Shown: one piece after another, positions 1 to 10,470 of the stretch
How the letters are laid out: the number at the start of each line of letters is the position of its first letter
Numbering within the stretch: the first letter of the stretch is position 1
Source of the DNA: Antechinus flavipes
Taxonomy: Eukaryota
Assembly: GCF_016432865.1 (NCBI RefSeq)
Contig: NC_067402.1
Location: 111,042,001-111,106,000, forward strand
Length of the DNA stretch: 64,000 nucleotides
Direction: 5' to 3'
Position numbers and translations under genes: made by a program
The notes under the pieces: model-generated
The model's input: the letters and a program-made list of their open reading frames with translations, nothing else
The model's database searches: none
Told to the model about the DNA's origin: nothing

Positions 1-540
1 ACTCTGGAATTTATAAAGAAATATAAGATCTAGTCCCAGCTCTTAAGGAACTCATGATCTACTTAAAAGATGAGAATATGCATGCAAAAATGAAATCGCA
101 ACAAAAGATTAAGCAGTCAAGATAACAATAAAAGAGCTGTCATAAGGTAGTGCATGATTAATTGCCAAATTAATTATAAAGACAGTAATTGCTATAGGAG
201 TTCAGAGGAGGGAGAAATCATTTCAGACTGGGGGTGGTCAAGAAAGGCTTTGGGGAAGAAGTGAGATTTAATTGGGGCCTTGAAGAATGGATAAAATTTG
301 GGGAGGAAAAGAGAAGAGGGCATTCCAAGGAAAGAGAAGAAGAGGAGTACAAAGCAAAAAGGTAAGATTACAGAAAGAGATTTGGGGAAAACAAGGGCGG
401 GGGGATTAGTTAGACTGGAGGGGAGGGCTCATGTAGGGAAGGTAACAGTGGCGAGGTAGACCGGGACCAGATTGCAGGAGGTCTTGAATGATGTCCTGGA
501 GAGTTTGGACTTTTGTCCTGTAGGCCAAGAGAAGTCATGG
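1..540 (-). mobile_element. L2 LINE, degraded fragment(s)
   Basis: Purine-rich antisense L2-type text (cccagctcttaaggaactc; gggagaaatcatttcag; ggccttgaagaatgg; gagtttggacttttgtcctgtagg). Boundaries approximate. Confidence 0.6.
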
Positions 541-1029
541 AGTATAATTGATAATACAAAGGCTGCCTGTCTCATAATGAATTCATTATTTTGTTTATTC
601 TACTTTGCTCAATTCAGAGGAAATGTGATTTTAACATCATTATCTATCTTCTTCAAAGGCATTTTGAAAAATATCATCTATTCTTAATGGTCCTAAAAGA
701 TTCTTAAAACAAGAGTGGGGAGTGTTTGGCCATTTCTTGATAGATAGATGTAATTATGAATAGAAGGTTTTATAATATGAGCCTTAAAACACTCACACAT
801 ATACACATACACAATATACTCCTATATCCATACTTACGTGAGTGTGTACAGGCGTTATAAAAATGTATTGTGACTACATGTATATATACACACACATATA
901 CATACACCCACATACTCACACATAGAAAATGCATCACATAAGTGTATTGTGACTATATATGGATGTATTTTCTATCTATATGTATGTGGGTATATGTACA
1001 TGTGTACACACTTATGCATACATTTATAG

Positions 1030-1104
1030 AGACACACACAGAGACACACAGAAAGAAACAGAGATACATACAGGAGAGAGTGAAAGATGGAGAGAGAGAG
1101 ACAG

Positions 1105-1145
<41 letters not shown>

Positions 1146-1480
1146 GAGAGACAGAGACATACAGGAGAGATTGAGAGATAAAAAGAGAGACAGAAAAAGA
1201 GACAAAGAAAGAGAAAGAGAGAAACAGTCAAAAAGAGAGAGAGAGAGAGAGAGAGAGACACAGCCACAGAGACAGAGAAAGAGAGAAACAGAGAGAGAGA
1301 CACATACAGAAGAGATTGAGAGATAGAAAGAGAGACAGAAAAAGAGAGACAAAGAAAGAGAAGGAGAGAGATAGAGTCAAAGAGAGAGACAAAAACACAG
1401 AGAGACAGAAGCAGAGACAGAAAGAGACACACAGATAGAGACAAAGAGAGAAAGACAGAGACAGAGACAGAGAAAGAAAA
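1030..1480. repeat. Complex (GA)n/(GACA)n low-complexity repeat with an internal duplicated unit of about 145 bp
   Basis: AG-rich tract. The unit catacag(g/a)agagattgagagata...aaagagagacagaaaaaga...gacaaagaaagagaa occurs at about 1158 and about 1303. Source of the spurious ERER/LSLS ORFs. Confidence 0.9.
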
Positions 1481-1544
1481 ATCACAATACATTTAGGTAG
1501 TGCCTGTACACATTCACAAACCATATGTACACATCCCTATTTAG

Positions 1545-1735
1545 TGTCAGGAATCAGGAAGCCCTGAGTTCAAACTTTTTCTCAAATACTAATTAGCTGT
1601 GTGACCCTGGACAAATCACTTAATATCTTTCAGCATCATATGTCTTCATCTGAAAAATGAAGATAATAATATCCATAGCATGTATATCACAGGATTATTG
1701 TGAGATCATATGAAATAGTTCATATAAAGAATTTT
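1545..1735 (+). mobile_element. MIR SINE
   Basis: ctgagttcaaac...agctgtgtgaccctggacaaatcacttaat...catctgaaaaatgaagataataat...ggattattgtgagatcatatgaaat (core plus tail). Confidence 0.8.
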
Positions 1736-1738
1736 ATA

Positions 1739-1874
1739 GGGGGCAGCTAGGTGGTGTAGTGGATAGAGCACCAGCCCTGAAGTCAGGAGGACCTAAGTTC
1801 AAATCTGGTCTCAGACACTTAAACTTCCTAGCTGTGTGACCCTGGGCAAGTCACTGAACCCCAATTGTTTCAGC

Positions 1875-1883
<9 letters not shown>
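1739..1883 (+). mobile_element. WSINE1-like marsupial SINE, full length, tail extended into (TA)n
   Basis: ggggcagctaggtggtgtagtggatagagcaccagccctgaagtcaggaggacc...ccccaattgtttcagcaaaaaaaaa. Confidence 0.85.
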
Positions 1884-1919
<36 letters not shown>

Positions 1920-2437
1920 TAAATATATATGTGGTCACCATGCATTTTTATAATACCTGTACACATTCATATATGTGTGTATGTATATTATATGCATGTA
2001 TAGATGTGTGTATATTATGTATGTTTATATATGTGTGTGTTTAAGGCTTATATTATAAAACCTTCATAATTACATCTATCTATCAAGAAATAGCCTTCCC
2101 CCTTAAACTATGATTTCTAAAACAATATTTGAGACAATAATAGATTTAGAACAGAAAGGTACTTTTTTAGTCCCCTAGATTGACGCCTTTCTTTTTTTTC
2201 CTGATCCACGTCTAATTTCTTTTTTTTTTCTTTTAAAGTTTCCTTCCAATACATTTCTCATTATTCATTCATTCATCACCTACCTACCATCTCTCTATCT
2301 ATCTACCTACCTATCTATCTATCCATACATCCATCTATATATTTATCCATCCATCTATTTATATTCTACACATCTAATCTCTATCCATCCATCCATCTAT
2401 TTATTTATCTATTTTTTCAGGCCTCACTTCCAAAGCT

Positions 2438-2678
2438 AGGCAGCTAGGTGATGCAATGGATAGAATGCTAGCCTTAGAGTTCAAATCCAGCCTCAGACAC
2501 TTACTGTGTGACTCTGGACAAGTCACTTAACTCTCTTGCCTCAATTTCCACATCTGTAAAATGGATTGGAGAAGGAAATGGCAAACCATTCCAATGTATT
2601 TGCAAGAAACAAAAACAGAACAATAATAAACCAACTGGGTCATGAAAAGCTGGACACACTAATTGACTAAATAACAAT
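2438..2678 (+). mobile_element. MAR1-like CORE-SINE (RTE-derived tail)
   Basis: tRNA/CORE head followed by ggagaaggaaatggcaaaccattccaatgtatttgcaagaa...gggtcatgaaaagctggacac. Confidence 0.8.
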
Positions 2679-4689
2679 TCCAAAGAGAAATTTCCCTCTT
2701 ATGGAGATCAGGACCTGTTCTGTAATATATAATCCTAGAGTGCTAATGAAGTGATTTACCCAGGCTGACACAGCCAGTTTCAGTCAGAGGCAAGGATGTC
2801 TTCAAGGACAGCTCTCCAAACATGTGTTGGACTACTTCCATCCCCTCATTTTCCCGACATTAGAGTTTCAGTTCTTTCCACCATTCCATATTACCCAGTT
2901 GTATAGCACCAAGTTTAGCGGTAAGTATTCCATGTAAATCAAACTCCAATGAGCTAAAGTATGTAGATGTCTAGCTTGAACAGGAGCGAGCATATTTTGC
3001 TGTTCCCTTTGATAGTTCAGTGACAGAGGAGAGACCCTGAAAACAGAAAATTTTCAGGAAAGAACAACAGTAAATTTGAGGTACTGCCACAGTCTGGGAG
3101 GCCATCCTGGGGAGGGTTGTAACTTATTAAAATTAAAATTGAGAAACAATAGAGGTGGGAGTAGAGATAGCTATATAGTATTGTAGTCACAAAGATTAGA
3201 CAAGATTGCCTATCCATCCTCCTGGTCATTACAGACAATACAGATAGAGATTTATTTGTACCAGGTCAATAGCTCTAAACTTTGCTCAACACGAGAAGGC
3301 AGACACAGGCTTATTCCTACAATGGGTGCCATTGGATTAAAAACTGAGTGGTCTTTTAGGCTTCTGGATCTATAGCTGGAAGGGACCTTAGGGAACTATC
3401 TGGTTCACTCCCTTCCCATTTTGCAGATGAGGAAACTGAAGCTCACAGAATTCAAGTGACTCACCCTAAATTAAAATGATGATTACTGGCATATCCATAG
3501 CGAGAACTTGAGTCATTTGATAACTAATGATGATGATGATGATGATGACAATAATAATAGCTAACATTTGGATACTGCCTTAAAGTTTACAAAGTGTTGT
3601 ACAAATAACAACTCACAACAATCCCACGAGGAAGGTACTATTGATACCTTCACTTTACAATTGAGGAAATTGAGGCAAACAGGGCTAAGTGACTTGCCCA
3701 GAGTCACACAGCTCTTGAGTATTTGAAGCTGGAGTTGCATTCAATGCTTCCTCATTCCAGATCTAGTGCTCTAACCACTGTGCCCCCGGTTTCATTTGAT
3801 GTCCAGTTAAGCATATTTCAGGACAACATTATTCTTTTGTTTACTTGCCTTTGGTTGACATAACTCTCAGGGAACTGAAAAATTTCTGATTTCTTACAAT
3901 TTCTTACAGTGTTTCTGATTTCTTCCTGGAGTCAGGAAGACCAGAGTTCAAATTTAGTCTCACACTATTCCCAGCTGTATGACTCTGGACAAGTCACTAA
4001 ACCCTGTTTGCCTCAATTTCCTCAGCTGTAAAATGAAGCTAATACCAGTACCTACTACATTTTTGTGAGGGCCTAATGTGATAATATTTGTGAAGTGTTT
4101 ATTACAGTTCCTGAATGCTTATTCCCTTCCCTTTTCCCTTATAAACCAGTAAAACCATAGGTCTGTTTTCTTATATCTGCCTTTTCTTGACTTACTATGA
4201 ATTTTGTTTCAGACTTAAGGCAAAATTAAATTGTACCAGTCATTGCCGCTATCATCACTACTTTACACATAGAATAGAATAATTTTTCATATATAACCCA
4301 CAATGAAAAAAAAAGTACTGGTCTTTGGTTGTGTGATTCTGAGCCAGTCACATCACTTGGATGATCTTGGATCTCTAAAGTGCCTTCCTGGCTCTAAATC
4401 CCATGATTCTGTCATCTCTCGGCTTGAGTTTTTCTTATCTGTAATATAAGGGAGCTGGAGATTATAATCTCTAAGATCTGACATTTGATGGTTCTGTGAT
4501 CCTGTTGTTCTCTTTTCATTAAAAAATAATTTTATTCTCTCCTTTAGTTTAGGACTTCTCTGACTCTGGAACAATCTCTTCTCTACTCTCTAACCCATTC
4601 TGACACTAGATCACAAGGTTTTTCATATTTTGTTTTTCCTGGATAGTTCTATTATCTACCTTCTCTGAAGCAAAGTCCAAATTTTAAAA

Positions 4690-5172
4690 AGTATTTTTTC
4701 AAATACATGCAAAAGTTTTTGATATTCACCTTTACAAAACCTTATATTCTAAATTTTCTCCCTTCTTCCCCCTAAAACTCTCCTTCTAATGCCCTCCCCT
4801 AAACAGCAAGCTATCTGATACAAGTTAAACATGTGCAATTATTGTAAGCATATTTCTATATTCATCATGCTGTGCAAGAAAAATCAGATCAAAAGGGGGA
4901 AAACACATGAGAAAGAAAAAAAAAACCCAAGCAAACAACAACAAAAAAAGATGTAAATACTGTGCTTTGACTCACATTCAGTCTCTGGATGTGGATGGCA
5001 CTTTCCATCAAAAGTCTATTGGAATTTTCTTGAGTCACCTCATTGTTGAAAAGAGCCATGTCCATCAGAATTGATCATCACATAATCTTGTTGTTGCTGT
5101 AGGCAATGGTTCTGCTCACTTCACTTAGCATCAGTTCATGTAAGTCTCTCCAGGCTTTTCTGAAATCAGGAA
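4690..5172 (-). mobile_element. L1 3' end fragment
   Basis: Antisense marsupial L1 3' UTR (ctggatgtggatggcactttccatc...agaattgatcatcacataatcttgttgttg...ctgctcacttcacttagcatcagttcatgtaagtc). Confidence 0.85.
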
Positions 5173-5509
5173 GGCCAAACTGTTTTGTTCTCCCTGTATG
5201 ATTATATGACCTTTAAAAAATTCTTTTCACAGATGAGGGACAAAATGCCATAGTAGATTATTGGCAGGTGTTAGAGTACAAAAAAAGCACCCCAGGGTTC
5301 AAATCCTACATCTAATGTGGCAAAACAATGGGCAAGTTATATAGTGTCACGGTTGTAAAATGCAAAATTTGGAATTATGGGACTTGGGTTCAACTCCTGT
5401 CTCTATTACTACCCATGAGACCCTGGGTATCACCTCACCTCACTGGGTCTCAGTTTCCTTCTCTATAAAATGAGGAGGTTGGAATAGAAGGCTTTTAGGG
5501 TTCTTTCTT

Positions 5510-5758
5510 TGTTCAGTCATTTCAGTTATGGTCTGACTTTTTGTGATCCAATTTGTTTTTGGTTTTTTTTTGGCAAGGATACTAGAGTGATGTGCCTTTT
5601 CCTTTTCTAGCTCATTTTACTAATGAGAAAACTGAGGAAAAGAGGGTCCAGTAATTTTCTCAGGATCACACAGCTAGTAAGTTTCTGAGGCTAAATTTGA
5701 TCTCGGATCTTCCTGATTCCTGGACTGGCATGCTATTCACCACACCACCTATTTGCCC
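5510..5758 (-). mobile_element. MAR1-like SINE
   Basis: ttgttcagtcatttcagtt...ggcaaggatactagagtg...ctcattttactaatgagaaaactgagg...ggatcacacagctagtaag. Confidence 0.8.
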
Positions 5759-6065
5759 AAGGTTCATTCTGACTCTACATTTATGATTTTATGACTTAAT
5801 CTCTCTGTGTTTTAGGCAGCTCTCTGTGACTATAAATTACAGAAAATTGGCTGACTTCAATCAGAGGAGGATGCCTCCACACCGGGAGTTCCTGAACTGA
5901 CATGTCTCTGCTCAAATAACCTATGAACATACATAAATACATGGCATATATACACTAAGCAATTGAGATTGAGATTCCATCCTTCCATATTGCTCCCATA
6001 CTCTTGCCTCCTGACGGATCCTTGGCTGTCACATCCTTGATCTCTGCTCCCAGGAGGACTACAGA

Positions 6066-6130
<65 letters not shown>
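6066..6130. repeat. (CAT)n trinucleotide microsatellite with one CAC interruption
   Basis: Read directly; explains the poly-Ile ORF 6004-6222. Confidence 0.95.
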
Positions 6131-7769
6131 CCTCTAAAGTATCACACTTTGGTTGGTCTACTCAAAATCTACACTACCTTAAATACCTGGCACCTAGCAG
6201 GTATTTAATTGATGCCGATTGATTGATTGTTATACTTCAGGAGTAGAAGGAAATAACACCAACCGGTGGCACAAGGGAAAAGAGCAGGGGAAGTCAAAAT
6301 GAGATGTGGATCTTGAGCATCTAGGACTTTGGTAGAGGATTTTCAAAGGTAGAGGAAAAAATAGGGAAAGAGGAAGAAAGTATGAAAGGATAGGTGCATG
6401 GACTAGTGATTTAGCCTCTTTAGATCTTCAGAAGCTATGTGATTTACCCATAGATGTACAACAAAATTAAGTGACAGACCTGGGAAATGAATCAAGATTT
6501 CTTGACTATAATTGCAATGTTCTTTCCTTGGCACAAAGTTGCCTCTCATTTATTTAAATAATTTAGTGTATAGTATATAGAAGATATTAGAAGCAGGAAG
6601 AGAAATCCCTGAAGCCGGTGACTATGCAAATGAGATATTTGTAAATCACCTAGCACATAGTAGGTACATAATATAGAAATGCTAAATTTTATTAATAAAT
6701 GTTACTGATAATAGCCATTGCTTATTATTAATGAATATAGTAATGATTATTAATAATGAATATTGTTATTAATCTTTATAACTCCCTCAGTACCTTCCAT
6801 AATGCTTTATTTAAACATTCAATAAATATTTGATGAATGAATAAATGGAGACAGAGAGGTCAATTAGGAGTCTACTGCAATAATCTACATATAAGGTGAG
6901 GAGGACCTCTACTCAATTTGGGCTAGGAGGAATAGGCAGGAAGGGACACATTTTTAAGAATATTGGAGGAAGAATTGTGGGACTTAATGACTAATTAACA
7001 AATTAAATAGAGATGACTCTTGCTTGGCACATGGTAAACACTTAATAAATATTTTCAATTTATTCATTCAATATACAATTTCAAACCCAAGGAAATGAGA
7101 CAATGGTGGTACCATTGATTAGTCAATTAACAAGAAATTATTAAGGCATGTGTTGGGTGAATAGGAATGAAAACACAACCCTCCTCTCAAAGATCTTTAC
7201 CCTCAAGCACATTATCTTCTAATGGGTGAGACAAAGACAAACCTAACTCAATACAGAATAATGATGAAAAGAATAAATAAAAGAGAAAAGGCATTAATCT
7301 CTGGGGGATCAGGAAAGACTTCCTATAAAAGGTGATGATTGAACTGTGTCCTAAAGGTGACTAAGAGGTGGAAATGAAGGGTCAGTTTGTGCTGTAATTT
7401 TGAGGAAGGGAGCAAAGCTTCTAGTCCCAGGGCTGGAGAGACACTTGAAAATGTGTTGGAGGATTGATTCCAAAGTTTCTATTACTCAATTAAAGAAGTT
7501 TAATGTGCCCCGGATACCAGAGAGGAGGGATGCTGGGATTTTGCATCTGGCCACAGACTCAGCAATCCTTAAATGCGAGTCTGGAGGGAAGGCTAGTTTA
7601 TTCATTAGCAAATAATCTATTCCAGGCTAGGTTGGCCATGTTGGGCTGCATGGCCATTGAAGTCCCCTCAACTCCAATTCTGTGATTCTATGAAGATAGC
7701 AGCAAAGGGAGAGAGCATTACAAAGGGGACGAGGCAGGGAACTGTACAGACATTTGAAGAGGGGGTTTT

Positions 7770-8410
7770 CGGGAAGAGTTTTTCTTTGAGATCAGACTCG
7801 GGGGAGGGAAGCAATGCGATGCTGTTATCTCTGAGCCTAACCCTTTTGGGAAACAGCCGCAGTCAGAATGTGGGCTGGCTTTTCAGGAAGCCTCCTCCCG
7901 GCTCCCGCTGGCTCTTAGCCTTCGCCTCCAAGTGCTTCATTTCCAGCACCTCCCACCGGGAGGAGACATTTATGAGTGACGCGAGGACCTGAGAGGAGGC
8001 GAGTCAACAGGTCCGGAGCTCACGCGTGCTGCCAGTTGCTATGGCAACTCCCTTCTCCCGAGCACCCCCTGCATCCTCACTCATGTCTGGCTCACGTTAT
8101 CACGCACTCCGGGAACTGCACAGACTAGAAGGGGGAAGAAAATATTGAAAGGTGGAGAAGGACGGGAAGGATGGGGATGAAAGCCATTAAGTTTCTATTT
8201 GTTTTTATTTACCGTGCCTGTTGTGCCCAGCACTCTGCAGGATCTCACCTGGGCTCGGAAACATTTTCCAGATTGCGATGACAGGCTCTTGGCAGGACCC
8301 AGCTTGATCTGTACCCTCCTCCTTTGCCTTCCCACTCAAATCATGTCACAGCCGGGCTGCGGCCAGGGAACAGAAAGGGGATTGTTTAGACTTGAGATGG
8401 GGAGGCGGCA
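7770..8410. promoter_or_regulatory. CpG-enriched, repeat-free promoter/enhancer-like segment with RFX X-box
   Basis: About 25 CpGs in about 650 bp by hand count, against a CpG-poor background. GTTGCTATGGCAAC at 8035-8048, palindromic CACGCGTG at 8021-8028, TGACG (CRE half-site) at 7977-7981. Confidence 0.55.
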
Positions 8411-9051
8411 GCTTTGCCTCAGTTTCTTTTGAGTCCATAAAATGTAGAGAATAGCCTGCCATTGCAAAGGGCTTCAAAGTCTTTCTCTGACACTCTAACA
8501 AGTAGAGAAAGGCATTGTTCGTGGGAGACAATTGTCTAAGTCAGTTGCTGATGGAATTTAAGAGCAGGAAAAAAGCCCAGATATTATCTATTCTAAGACT
8601 TCATTTTACAGACAAAAGGAGCCCAAAGAGAGGAATTGACTTGTCTATCAGCATTTATTAAGCATCTACTGTGTATGTGCTAGGTAAGTTGCAAATTAAG
8701 TGACTTATCAAAACCACACAGAATTTCTGGTAGAACTAATGTTCTTTTGGTCAGAGGTATAACTAGGATGAGATAGAAGAAATTTGCCACAGGGTGTAAA
8801 AATTTAGAGGTCACTAATGGCACATTTACCTTTCTCTATTAGAGGAAGGTAGGAAAAATAATTTGCAAAAATAGGAGACTATCATATGCCATTTTCCTTC
8901 TTCTTTCCCCTCTATAGCCTATAAAGGTAAAGTTATCCCTAGTCTGTTCCTGCCCCATTCCCTTCTCTTAGAAAATATCTTTTTTAGATTCTTTTTTGTC
9001 TTCAGTCTCTTCCCAGTCTTGTATCCTGAGGTCTCCTTGTAATTGAAATTG

Positions 9052-9053
<2 letters not shown>

Positions 9054-9101
<48 letters not shown>
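9054..9101. repeat. (AT)n microsatellite
   Basis: 48 bp of alternating AT. Confidence 0.95.
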
Positions 9102-9104
<3 letters not shown>

Positions 9105-10029
9105 AAAGCACTTTTTGACACTTTTGGACCCAGGTTCCAGAAATGCTCTTAGCTCTGAGTTAAATGCCCTTTCTGTCACCCTGCCCAGCCTCTGCTTATA
9201 GAAATCTGTGCTAGCAGATATATCTCCATTCTTTTCTTCCCTATTCCTCTCCATTCCCATCTTACTGGTTAAATTTTTCCTTCCCAATACCATATTAGAT
9301 ACACCAACAGTTTATTCAGAAACTTCTGGGTTCCACTGATTGGCCTTTTAATCATACCCTTTCCTGCTCCTAATCCACCACCTGGTGGGGGTGCCCATGT
9401 TGCATTCAAGGAGAGCCAGACTACAGTTGTCTGGGACACTTTCATACTTGGAGCTTATCTATTCTCCCCTGGGATTCTTTCTCAACCAGACAGCAGAAAG
9501 CAATTTTAGTAAATGCTTAGCATAATCAGGTTAGATCCTTGTAGAGACCTCTAGGGGTCTTCGTACATATCCCACCCTGAAATGACCCGCTTTTCTATCT
9601 CTCAAGGAGCATCTCTCTGACATTTGCTTCTGGCTTTTGTATTAGTACATTTATAATGCATTCTAGACGTTATGCAACACTTTCATTTTGATAACCTTGT
9701 GAGGCAGATAGAATAAATGTTACAGATGAAGAAACTGAGTCTCAGTGAGGTCAAGTGATTTGCATTCAGCTAATAAGTAGCTCAAATCTAGGTCTTTTGA
9801 TTGATTTTATTTTTTTACAGTATATCACATTGACTCTTAGAAGCTAACTCAATCCATTCATTCAAGAAACAAGTATTAAATGCTTGCTATTTGTCAGAAA
9901 AAACTCAGCTAGGGAATACAAAGGTAAAAATGAAAGTTCTGCTCTTAAATATTTTATTAGGGGAAATGAGAGGGACTCAGATAATTTAACATCAAATATA
10001 TACAAAGTAATTGGTGAGGGATAGGGGCA

Positions 10030-10470
10030 GGTATACACCAACAAATATTTAACAACTGGCTCTCTGGAAGGAAAAAATATGTGTGGTTTATACACATGCA
10101 TATATATGTATACACACGTGTGTCCATATATATGTATAAACACATGTGTATATATATGTATCAGGAAATACTTTAAAGTATATATTTGTACGTACATACA
10201 TATTACTAATAAATACTTTAAATTATACATACACATATGTATCACATACACACATGTGTGTATGTATGTGTGTATATATGTTCATAGTGTCAGGAAATAC
10301 ATCATTAACATTTTCTTCATCACTTTCTTAAATCTAGACAGTTAACAAAGCAATAAATGAAGTCCTGATGTTTAGCATTTTCCTATTTCCAGACATAAAT
10401 GTTCCTAATGAAAATTTAACAATTGGCTTAAGCGGATTGAAGCTTGCCCTCACACACCTCTGGCTAAGGA
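10030..10470. mobile_element. MER63-like hAT DNA transposon remnant with internal TA/CA expansion
   Basis: aaatatttaacaactggctctctgg at the left; ttttcttcatcactttcttaaatctagacagttaacaaagcaataaatgaagtcctgat and gaaaatttaacaattggct at the right. Resembles the recalled MER63 consensus. Confidence 0.6.

Larger units (their letters stand above)
728..2095. repeat. Long inverted repeat pair (arms about 728-885 and 1923-2095) with extra internal partial copies
   Basis: The reverse complement of 2041-2095 aligns to 728-786, including a 29-bp exact match (atttcttgatagatagatgtaattatgaa). The reverse complement of 1923-1971 aligns to 839-885 (gtgtacagg..ttataaaaatg.at.gtgac). Confidence 0.85.

Noticed and set aside
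942-1524. Overlapping ORFs up to 179 aa (ERER.../LSLS...)
   Set aside because: Translations of the GA/CT microsatellite; no coding character.
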